A stretch of DNA of 63,773 nt, counting the filler, from Cercozoa sp. M6MM (Eukaryota; Protista; Endomyxa: Ascetosporea), in the NCBI GenBank assembly GCA_040357565.1. It is 12 parts of 12 records of this genome, joined end to end, with 100 filler letters (N's around TTAATTAATTAA, not from the genome) between each part and the next. Parts side by side here need not be neighbours in the genome. Positions count along the whole stretch, not along the records: positions 10,634 to 13,699 come from JBDODJ010001622.1; positions 13,800 to 16,882 come from JBDODJ010001618.1; positions 16,983 to 18,595 come from JBDODJ010001974.1; positions 18,696 to 28,428 come from JBDODJ010000467.1; 8 more parts are not named here. One strand, given 5' to 3'. Positions within the stretch are counted from its first letter, which is position 1; every line of letters starts with the position of its first letter. Shown piece by piece: positions 10,814-23,371 of this stretch. The notes below the pieces were generated by a model. That model made no database searches. It saw nothing but the letters and a program-made list of their open reading frames with translations, and was not told the DNA's origin. Both the position numbers and the translations under genes were made by a program.

Positions 10814-13699
10814 GGGGGGGGGGGTAAAACTACCGAGCAGCGACTCGAGCGGCGGAGCGAGCGGAATTTTCGGTCGTGCCGGCGCTGCGGCCGCGGCCAT
10901 TGGCACCGCCGTCGACGGTATCCTTTGCTCGTCGATCTTGGTACATTCTACAGTCTGCCTGGACTCAAGCCCAGGCTCCTCCGACTCACTCTGTTCCGAC
11001 TCAGAGTGCTCGGACTCAGCGTCTTCCGGCTCAGGCTCGGCGCGTTTCCTTCGCGCTTCGTCGAGCTGCTGCTGGAGGAGCGCCACCTGCAGCAAAAGTT
11101 ATATTCTCTCTTTACCCCCCCGGGCAGTCAGCGTAATAACTACCTCAGCTTCGGCGGCAAGTCGCTCTTGCTCAAGTCGCTTCGCTTCAGCTTCGGCGGC
11201 AGCTTCGCTTTCGATTTCGGAGCGACGCTTGGCTTCGATCTCGGCTTCAAGCAAAGCTTCGGCTTCTGCCTGTCGCTGTGCTTCGGCCTCTTCGTCATCA
11301 AGCTTGGCCTCTTCGTCATCAAGCTTGGCCTCTTCGACTTCATCTTCAGCTTCGAGTTTCGCTTGTGCTTCGGCTTCGGTTTCAAGTTTAGCTTGCGCTT
11401 CGGCTTCGGTTTCAAGTTTCGCTTGTGCTTCGGCTTCGGCTTCAGCTTCGAGTTTCGCTTGTGCTTCGGCTTCAACCTCGGCTTGTGCTTTGGCAGCAAG
11501 TTCAGCTTCACGCTTCGCTTGTGCTTCGGCCTTGGCCTGTGCTTCGGCTTCAAGTGTCTCGTGTTCGGCTTCGAGTTTCGCCTGTGCTTCAGCGTCAGCT
11601 TCGAGTTTCGCCTGNNNNNNNNNNAGTTTCGCCTGTGCTTCAGCGTCAGCTTCGAGTTTCGCCTGTGCTTCGGCTTCAAGTTTCGCCTGTGCTTCGGCTT
11701 CGGCTTCAAGTTTTGCCTGTGCTTCGGCTTCGGCTTCGAGTTTCGCCTGTGCTTCGGCTTCGGCAGCAAGTTCAGCCTCGCGTTTCGCTTGTGCTTCGGC
11801 TTCAAGTTTCGCTTGAGCTTCGGCAGCAGCAATTTCAGCTTCAAGTTTCGCTTGTTCGACAGCTTCGGCTTCGGCTCGACGTTGCGCTTCGGCAGCTTCG
11901 AGTTTCGCTTGTGCTTCGGCGGCAGCAAGTTCAGCTTCAAGTTTCGCTTGCGCTTCGGCGGCCTCTAGTTTCGCTTGCGCTTCGGCTTCGATTTTCGCTT
12001 GCGCTTCGGCTTCGAGTTTCGCTTGTGCTTCGGCTTCGAGTTTCGCTTGTGCTTCGGCTTCAAGTCTCGCTTGTTCAGCTTCGCGTTCTCGTACTTCGGC
12101 TGCCTGCGCTTCGGCTTCGGCTTCGAGTTTCGCCTGCGCTTCGGCTTCGGCTTCGAGTTTTGCTTGAGCTTCGGCTTCGGCTTCGAGTTTCGCCTGCGCT
12201 TGAGCTTCAGCTTCGAGTTTCGCTTGAGCTTCGGCTTCGGCTTCGAGTTTCGCTTGAGCTTTAGCGGCGAGTCGAGCTTCCTCTTCCTTCTTGGCTTCTT
12301 CTTCGGCGATGGCCTGGGCCTGCGAAAGCGTGTGGACAAAAATAGATAGAAAAAAGAAAGCGAACGGTCAAAGGAACCTGCGACAGAAGCGAAGCACGCG
12401 AACTGCGCAGCTTGAGCGTCACCTTGCCCGCCGAAAGCGACGCAGCAGGACGACGCACCTGCACACACACACACAAGTCAAATCAACATGTAACACCTCT
12501 AGCATACTGATAGTGAAAACACTACCTTAAAGTTTAACACAGGTGCCGGCAACTTCGATGCCGTTTGAATCGCGTCCGCGCGGAGGACTAGCAAAACGAA
12601 AATAAATTAATAAAATAAACACACAATAATAGCAGAAATAATACTGGCATCGCAAACGTCAGCAAACTCCGCAGCAATCACGGATGTTCGCATCTCGAGT
12701 GCTACCATGGTCTCCTCGTCGTGCATCACCAGAGTGACCTGAGCACAGACACAAAGCAAAGCAACTCAAAGTGAAACAAAGCGAAAGCAAGAGCGAAACG
12801 AAGCGAAAGCAAAGCGAAACGAAGCGAAAGCAAAGCGAAACGAAGCGAAAAAGCAAAGCGAAAGCTACGCAGCGCGACGGCTTGAGCGACTTGGCGTTGG
12901 GATGCGTCCAGCCGCGCGGATGCTGTCCGCGCAGACAGCGCGCGACGCACGCGAAGCGCAGGCCCGAGCACAGCGAGAGCGTCTGCTTGAGCGCCGCCTC
13001 GCTCTGCGCCAACTTGGGCGACGTCCAGCGCAGACGCGCGCCCGCGTGCGCCAGCGCGTCGAACTCGAAGAGCAGCGGCTTGCGCTTGCCGCGCGCGTTG
13101 CTGAAAACAAAGCCATCGAAGAGTCGCGACTCGGCGCCACTCAGCGTCGCTGCGTCGGCACTGCGCTGCGCTTCCGCCGCTTCCGCGAGCTGTCGCTCTT
13201 CTTGCGCGAGCTTGCGCTGCTCGGCCTCGAGTTCGCGTTGCTTTGCTTCGAGTTGGCGCTGCTGCTCCACTTGGGCCAAGCGCTTTCGCTCTGCTTGCTC
13301 GAGTTGTCGCTGTGCTTCTTGGCGCTTTCGCTCGTCTTCGCGAAGCTTTCGCTCTGCTTGCTCGAGTCGTCGCTGCTGCTCGGCTTGCGCTTCGAGTTTT
13401 CGCTGCTGCTCACGCTGCTGCTCACGAAGCTTTCGCTCTTCTTGGGCTTGTGCTTCGAGTTTTCGCTCTTCGAGTTTTCGTTCTTCGAGTTTTCGCTGTG
13501 CTTCGGCTTGTGCTTCGAGTTTTCGCTGTGCTTCGATTTGTCGCTGCTGCTCGATTTTCGCTTCGAGTCGCCGCTGCTGCTCGAGTTGCTGCTCGAGTTT
13601 GCGCTTGCGCTCGGCGGCGTCGACGTCGATGCGGAGGGTCTTCTTGTCGCCGGCGACGCTGCTGACTTGCGTCGGCGTCGGTGGTGGGTCCATCTGGGC
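10650..13699 (-). CDS. Partial gene: E/Q/R/K coiled coil, PLC-type PH-like domain, long AEAQAKLE(AE) repeat helix and Pro-rich segment
   Basis: Spliced RLFDGFVFSNARGKRKPLLF..LRWTSPK..VARCLRGQH..RC|VTLVMHDEETMVALEMRTSVIAAEFADVCDAIL resembles a PH fold. Repeat exon about 11143-12320. Truncated by spacers at both ends. Confidence 0.7.
11340..12262 (-). repeat. Coding tandem repeat of 24-30 bp units encoding AEAQAKLE(AE)
   Basis: Plus-strand unit ttcgagtttcgc(t/c)tgtgcttcggc repeated many times, with a 10-N gap inside. Confidence 0.92.
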
Positions 13700-13799
13700 N
13701 NNNNNNNNNNNNNNNNNNNNNNNNNNNNNNNNNNNNNNNNNNNTTAATTAATTAANNNNNNNNNNNNNNNNNNNNNNNNNNNNNNNNNNNNNNNNNNNN

Positions 13800-14137
<338 letters not shown>

Positions 14138-14195
14138 CTGAGTGACTGACGGTTGGTGACACGTATGATCACTGCTAACACGTGTGTGGTTCCAG

Positions 14196-16788
14196 AGGAC
14201 GACGTCGAGACACACATGCGACTCATCGTGTCGCCCTTTGGTACATGTGCTGTTTTATCCCTTCCTTGACTCAGTCTACTCTTCTTACCCCCCTCCCCGT
14301 TAGACGTGGTGATGGCGGTGCCTCGCGACGCGGACGACCACATCGATTGGCTGCTGCGGCAGCAGCACTTTAAGAAGGTACCCTTTTGAGTCCATTTACC
14401 ATTGGATGGTCCTTCCATTTGTACCGTATGCGTGTGTCCATTTGAACCGTCCATTTGTTGTGTGTGTGCACAGGCCATGCTGGCCGCCAAGACCTACGAG
14501 AAGGAACTCGAGCGACACACCCTCTGGGGTACCTCTTTCCTGTCTGTACTCTTGTGTGTACAACCACTCGTACACACTGTACCTCTGTGTGTGTTCAAAC
14601 TGTACCTGTGTGAGTGTGTGTCCAAACTATGCGTCCAAACTGTGTGTCCGAACTGTGCAGGCGTGAGTCAGCGCTACCTGACGCACCTGCTGGAGCGACG
14701 TGAGTACGCGCGCTTCGTCGCCATCTGTCCCTCGCTCTTTGACAAGGTACGTGGTCTGCACCGACAGTCCGTACGGACAGTACATATGGACGGTCTGTAT
14801 GGTCTGAACTAGCGGTAGAAATGTGTTGTGGACAGAACGAGGACCGATGGGCTGCTTGGATTGCGAAACTCATCACGATGCGACTGGTAACACGCATGTG
14901 GTCACGTGGGTCAGTCTGAGTGGTCATATGGTCACTGTGAGTGGTCACATGGGTCACGTGTGCACAGGTGCACCTGGTGGTGCCGGTGATTCCGCTGGAG
15001 GATCCAACGCTCTCCGAAGACACCTACAAGAGCGTGTTGGAGAACCTGCTGAATCACCACAGGTTTGTCCCCCCCCCCCCCACCCTCTTCCCCCTACCCC
15101 CTACTCCCTCTTACCCTCTCCACTTGTCTTCCTGCAGTGACCAGGGCGTATTGTTCTTGGAAACGGTGCGGCGGTGGCCGAGGTAGCATCTACTGCCCAC
15201 TCAATTGATGCCCGTATGGGACGGTTTTTGAGACTGTATGTGGGTTTGTAGCCATCTGTATCATCTCGAGGACATCATCGACGCCGTGCGTGAGTCCCTG
15301 GTGCCTTACCCTCCCATTTGCCCAATTTGCCCTCTTTACCCGCCCCCCCCCCCCGCCACCGCCAACAGAAGAAGGTCTCGTTCGCGCCGATCGTCGACGC
15401 GTTGGGCGAGTTGTACGCCATGAGTGGCCGCTACGCTGAGGTGCAGTTTACCCCCTCCCACCCACCCACACACACATATTCCCTTTACCCCCTACCCCTT
15501 TACTTCCTACCTTCTGGTACGACAGGCCGTCGGAGTGCTGCTGAAAGTGCGGCGGCATAACGCCTTCTCGCTCATCCAGCAGGTGTTTACCTCCGCAGTT
15601 ACCCCGTTTACCCCCCCCCCCCCCCCCCGGTTCCCCCCCCCCCCCCCTTCCCCCCCAGTTTACCCCCCCCCCCGTGAGCAGCACAACCTGGTGGCGCAGA
15701 TCTCGCCGAACCTGGCGCGTCTGTTGTCGCTGGACGTCGAGCGAACGGCGTCGCTGGTGCTGCGCTACTCGCACGAACTCGACGTTGACGGTGTGATCAC
15801 TCTCTGTCTGTGTGATCATTGGGTGGTCAGTGAGTGATCACTGGGTCACTGGGTGGGTCACTGGGTCACTGGGTGGGTCACTGGGTCACTGGGTGGGTCA
15901 TGGGTGACACGTGTGAGCAGAACTAGTGACGTCGCTGATGCGACAGGTGCCATGCGACGACGTTGTCGTGCTGCCGGCTAGCAAGGTCAAGACCGACCTG
16001 GACCCGCGGGTATCTCCCGTCTCTTACCCTCTCCTTTACCCTCCCTTACCCCTATTTATCCCCTATTTATCCTCTTTACCGTTCTACCCCTCTCCCCCGG
16101 ATTTAGATGGGCACGCTGCGCGTCAACGATCGCGGCGATTTGACGCTGTGCATGCCGCGCGCCGACTTTGACCGGCGTCTGTGGCACCTCTTGGTACGGA
16201 CACACTGGTTTGTATGGACCTACTTGTACATGTGTACATGTGTACATGTGTGCATGTGTGTACAGAGAGCCGTGTTCCGGAGTGCCGAGGCCAAGTTGCC
16301 GGCGCATCTCGGCGATCTGACTGTCCACTTGTGCGGACGCTGTGCCGAGGGTGCCTTTACCCCCTCTTTACTCCCTCTTTACTCCCCTATTTACTCCCCT
16401 CTTATCCCCCTCTTTACCTTTATACCCCCCTTAGACGACCCGGTGAGCGGCATGTCGAAACAGGACCAGCTGAAGCAGTACCTTTGGACAATACTAGCAC
16501 CTGTGTGCGCGTGTGTGAACAAGGTTGTTTGGGGGGCAGACTGCTGCGCGCACTGCACTCGTACCGACTGGACGCGGCGTTGCAGATGTGTCAGGACAGG
16601 AGTCTCACCTCGTGCGTCGTCTTCCTGCTGGGCCGTATGGGGTACCTGCCTGCCTTGTTTGTGTACTGTCTTGCCTGCCTTGTTTGTTGGGTGATGGGAG
16701 GTACTTGTACAGCAACACACTGGACGCGTTGAAACTGATGGTGACCGATCTCGGCGATGTGGCCCAAGCCGTCGCTTTCATTACTGAG
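14196..16788 (+). CDS. VPS41: Vacuolar protein sorting 41 (HOPS subunit), internal fragment, 17 exons
   Basis: Spliced IVSPFDVVMAVPRDADDHIDWLLRQQHFKKAMLAA and YRLDAALQMCQDRSLTSCVVFLLGRMGNTLDALKLMVTDLGDVAQAVAFITE match VPS41 signature regions. All 16 introns are GT-AG with frame preserved. Confidence 0.93.
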
Positions 16789-17008
16789 GTAATTTCTTAT
16801 CCCCATCTTACCCCCATCTTACCCCCATCTTACCCCCATCTTACCCCCATCTTACCCCCATCTTACCCCCATCTTACCCCCCNNNNNNNNNNNNNNNNNN
16901 NNNNNNNNNNNNNNNNNNNNNNNNNNTTAATTAATTAANNNNNNNNNNNNNNNNNNNNNNNNNNNNNNNNNNNNNNNNNNNNGCTTGTGTAGGGGGGGGG
17001 GGTACATA

Positions 17009-17137
17009 TGCTCGTTCTGTAGGCACCCAATGTGACTTCTGAAGAGATACAAGATCGGGAGAACTGCGCGGGCGCGGCAAACAAGCTGCGGAAGCGGCGG
17101 CTGCTATCTTAATGATGTCTGTGAAGCGCATTCTCAT
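17009..17137 (-). CDS. 5' exon of an unidentified gene, truncated, divergent from the lipase-like gene
   Basis: MRMRFTDIIKIAAAASAACLPRPRSS.. followed by a GT donor and a C-rich intron. Confidence 0.35.
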
Positions 17138-17273
17138 GTTACATGTTAATTTAAGTCAAGTCCGAACGCATATTAGACACGCACCGGCATATACGATCGT
17201 GCCGTGCCGAGCACTCTAAGTTTTAGTTGCCGCGCACTCGACTCAGTAGCAGCTTGAGCGTCTTTTCAGTTCG

Positions 17274-18482
17274 ATGTGCACATTGGCAGTGTTCCTGGCA
17301 GCACTAACTGTGCCCCGTGTGCTGGCGATTGAGTGCCTGTTTTTGCACGGGTTCGGCGTGCCACATCACGAGCATGCAGTCGTGTCGTCGGAGCCCCCAA
17401 CGATACCAGAACTGAGTGCGCTTAAGATCAAGTACTACTCGCCTGATATTGGCGATGCCGCGGGCTGCACTTCAACTTCTTTCTTGCATGCGGAGACACG
17501 CGATATCGGGTGGACCGAACCGTCACTGCAACGAGAGACTTACGAGCACTCGCTCCGCGTGTATCAGAGGGGAGGCGTCGTTTTTGCGCACTCTATGGCA
17601 GGTCTTGTGCTTTCTGCGGCATGTTTGCAGCAAAACTTGTGCTCCGTACGGTGGTACAACATGCAGTCACCTGGTACCGGTTGCTGCACGTATTCTTGCG
17701 CCTCCTTCAATCCAGACCCCTTCTTGACTGCAGCGAGTGGCGTTGCGAGTGCCTCACATCTCATTGACATGGTACATCACTCGTTTCCCTGGCTTCCAAA
17801 CTGGCTGGACACGCATCGCGCGCTGTACACATTGGCCACCCCGGACGACGACTTCACAGGCAAAACAGTCATAGACAAAACCGGCGACGTCACTGAACGC
17901 AACGGCAATCAATCGTTGATGATAAAAGCAAGTGCGAATGCCTTGAAACTAGGTACGAATAGTACCCAATTGCCTTTCATCGGTGGCCCACATTTTTGAT
18001 ATCGGTGTTCAGGTCTACTGGAAGGAGCTCTTTGCGGTTTTTCCGCAGACTACGGGCAGCAACGTGGCCTCTTTGCGACTTTGCAGACCTACGTCTCCTC
18101 ACTGTTGTCACAGGGCAGCGTCGGAGATGGCTTGTTGCGGTACATGCTAGTTTACCGATCGATATCGCAGGTGCTGGAACACGAGTCGAGTTGTCGTTCA
18201 TAGTTTGATGCTTATGCACTGTAGGTACTCGGAATGTGCAACCACGTTCGTCAATGGCGGCCGCGTCTTTGTTGGATGGTTTACGACGGTACCTGGCAGC
18301 CGATGATATTTTCTTGCAACCAGATCGTACTGCGAGCACAAAGTTGACAGTTTCATTGTGTATGCAGAAGCCAGACAGTCCGTTTTACGTCGCATCACTA
18401 CCTCATTCCATCATGCAGTTTGGCGGGCGAATGCAGCAACACAACGACCTGTTGCTACAGTGGCTTCGAGCGGCTGTCTCGC
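17274..18482 (+). CDS. Secreted alpha/beta-hydrolase (lipase-like), 3' end possibly truncated
   Basis: Signal peptide, CLFLHG oxyanion motif, AHSMAG nucleophile elbow, GALCG, GDGLL (Asp) and SPFYVASLPH (His) after splicing. Confidence 0.8.
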
Positions 18483-18506
18483 GGTGCAGTTTTTTGTTTC
18501 GCTTGA

Positions 18507-18582
<76 letters not shown>

Positions 18583-18759
18583 CACACACACACACNNNNN
18601 NNNNNNNNNNNNNNNNNNNNNNNNNNNNNNNNNNNNNNNTTAATTAATTAANNNNNNNNNNNNNNNNNNNNNNNNNNNNNNNNNNNNNNNNNNNNTGGTA
18701 TGTACAGTAGGGTATCTGGTATATAGGGGATGTGGGCGGGTATGGGCTGTTTGTTGCAG

Positions 18760-20239
18760 AGGCTGTGGTGGCCGACAGCGAGTGCTTCGAACTGTGGCGA
18801 CGCGACGATCACCGCGCGCTGCTGGGCAAGATCGATCAGCGGCAGTTCACGCGGTAGCTGGGGCTATACCCCCTCCCCGTTACCCCTTACCCCTCCCCCG
18901 AGTAGGCACGGCGGCGCCTACCGCAGTGTGCTGCCGAATGTGGACGATCGAACCATCAAGCGACTCGGTGGGTCGGCCAGGTAGTCCCTCCTCCCTCTTT
19001 ACCCCTGCACATCTCTCCTTTACCCCCTTCCACCTCCCAGGCACTACCGCGACCTGGCGCTGGAAGAAACGGAGCGACGCGATTTCGACGACTGGCTGTG
19101 CGCGCAGCCGCGGGCCAGGGTAGCTTCGTTTTAGCCCCCTCACCACCTTACCCCTCCCTCCTCGTTACCGCCCATCTATATCCACTTACCCCCCCTTACC
19201 CCCTCTTTACCCGTGGTGTGTGCGCAGATCCTGGGTCTGATGGCGACGGTGCCGCACACGATGCGACAGCGTGCGCACCCGCGACTGTTCGATGAGGAGG
19301 CGCTGGAGGACGTTATGCTGATCCGCAAGGAGGCGCAGCAGCTTTTGGTGACGGATCATCGCGCCTTTGAGGTGCTGCCGACCGGTGCGTTTTGCCCTTG
19401 CCCCCTGCCCCCATTTTGCCCTCTATTTACCTCCCTTCCAACGTAGGACGACGTCGGCAGATCCGGCGAATGTCGCGTCGGACGCCGTGGCGTTCCCTCG
19501 GGTAGGCTGGAAGTTTACTTATCCCCTTTACCCCCTTCCATCTACCCTCTATCCCCCCCCCCCCCCCCTGGGCAGCGTGGTGCCGCGGTGTTCGTCGGTT
19601 GATGAGAAACGGATATTGCGCAACGATCAGCGGTATACCACCCCGTACCTCTGCCCGTTTTACTTCCTCTTACCCCCCCCCCAGGCCGCACCTGTGCCGA
19701 CGTGCGTTGGCCAAGGTGACGCTGCAGCCGCATCTGCGACGAGTGCAGTTGTGCGGCGTGTGGATTCCTGTCGGTACTTTACCCCCCCTTCTCCCCTTTC
19801 GCCTTCTTACCTTTGACCCCCCTCGGACAGGTCACTCGGTGGCGATGCAGCGCTTCAATCAGCGTCGATGTTTGGCGCGTCTCGTGGCCGTCGGCGCCGA
19901 CCAAATCACGGTGCGCTGGCTCTTTACCCCTCCCCTCTTTAACCCATCTCTCCCTCCGCAGGTGCAAAGAGAAGGCGACGCACGGTACGAACACGTGTCG
20001 CTGGTCGACCTGCTCACTGGAGGTGCCCTCTGTGGTCTTTACCCCTCCCCATTCAGCTCCTTTACCTCCCTAATGCATAGAGGTCACACTGCACGAGCCG
20101 GCCGCCAAGACGCGCGAGCGACGCGAGGAGCCGGCGCACGGACTCTGGGTCGTACCAGAGATTGTGGCCAATGCAGACATCTTCGAGGACGCGCAGCGCG
20201 ACTTGGTACCCTCTTCTTACCTTCTCTTACCCCTCTTAC

Positions 20240-20288
<49 letters not shown>

Positions 20289-20298
20289 NNNNNNNNNN

Positions 20299-20348
<50 letters not shown>

Positions 20349-20445
20349 CTCCTCTTTACCCCCACCTATTTACCCCACCTCCTCGCAGCACGAAAGCTCG
20401 GCTTACGGTCAGCGCAATCACGTCGCTTCAGACGCGCGGTACTAG
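18760..20445 (+). CDS. Sds3/BRMS1-like (Sin3-HDAC complex) protein, 3' part
   Basis: Spliced LFDEEALEDVMLIRK and LARLVAVGADQITVQREGDARYEHVSLVDLLTGEVTL resemble, from memory, SUDS3 LQEIDILEDLRTLNK and C-terminal VISSVGANEIWVRKTSD..IYLGQLQRG. Ends at TAG 20443-20445. Confidence 0.6.
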
Positions 20446-20586
20446 CCCTCGCCCCCACGTCCACACTAGTCCAATACAGTGGTTTGTTTGCGATCGGGAG
20501 CGAGAGTTAGGGTAGACGAGACTACCCAAGTCAAAAATGATCGTCTTGCTTTTTCCTCAGTTGTTGTCTTAGAGAGTTTTAAGACG

Positions 20587-22362
<1,776 letters not shown>

Positions 22363-22790
22363 TTACGGACAACTCAAGTTAAATGGTCTGAAAGGCCGTT
22401 TGCTCAGTTAAATGGCCACATGCATCCTGGGAAGTACTAGACCGAGTCGAGTCTTGATGTGCTCGATCGCACACGACAGTGCCGGGCCTAACAGGCAGTC
22501 GAGATGGACTACAGAACTTCTAAATTTGACGCCATTCTAACTGACGGGTTACTTCCTTTCTGTAGTCGTCTTCACTACCTTAGTTACTGCTTTCCATACC
22601 GCAACAACTGACGATTTACTTCCTTTATTTTAGTCGTCTTCAATACCGTAACACAACGCAAGCGAAGCAAAAATTAACGTAAACGCACGGGCGGCACTCA
22701 ACTATCCACGCCAGGTGGCCATGCGATGGCATGGATAAAACGCGACGGAAAACGCGACGGAAAACGCGACGGGTCGTCGCATGCGTCACT

Positions 22791-23338
22791 TCATAATCGT
22801 TGCAACACTGTCGCGAAAGCGTCCTTTAGTTGCCGGCGACGCTCGGCTCGTTCCTGCTTCAATCTGCCAGAACACAGCACAGCATTCACAATCCATCAGG
22901 CAAGTATGTGAAAAGAGAGCAAAACGCACTGTTTGAGGATCTGCTGCTGTTGCTGCTCAAATCGCTGCTGCTGCTGCTCAAATCGCTGCTCGAAGTGTCG
23001 CCGCTGCTGCTCAAGTTGCTGCTCAAGGAGGCGCTTCTGCTGCTCAAGCGCGCAAACTATCCTTTTCAACGCAATGTCGCTGCTTTCGTTTTTCTGCTCA
23101 AGTTCGCTCGGTTGATCCCTTTCGCTTTCGTTTCTGTGTTCGCTTTCGTTTCTGTTCTGTTCGCTGTCGTTGATGCCGTCGTTGTTGTCGAAAGCGTGCC
23201 GGCTTTCGCTGTCGCTTTTGGTTCTGTCGCCGTCGTCCTTCTCGCTTTCACTCTCGAGAACGACGACTTCACGGTCATCTGCAACGGTCCTGGCCGACTG
23301 AGACTCAGTGATTGCAGGAGTGTTCGGAGTGGTGTTTC

Positions 23339-23371
<33 letters not shown>

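Noticed and set aside
10718-12349. Long plus-strand ORFs (FGFEFRLC / SASSFACA repeats)
   Set aside because: They are antisense shadows of the minus-strand AEAQAKLE repeat exon.
14241-16712. Classical introner transposons
   Set aside because: No shared terminal inverted repeats, consistent target-site duplications or near-identical intron copies are visible by eye. A genome-wide search is still needed.
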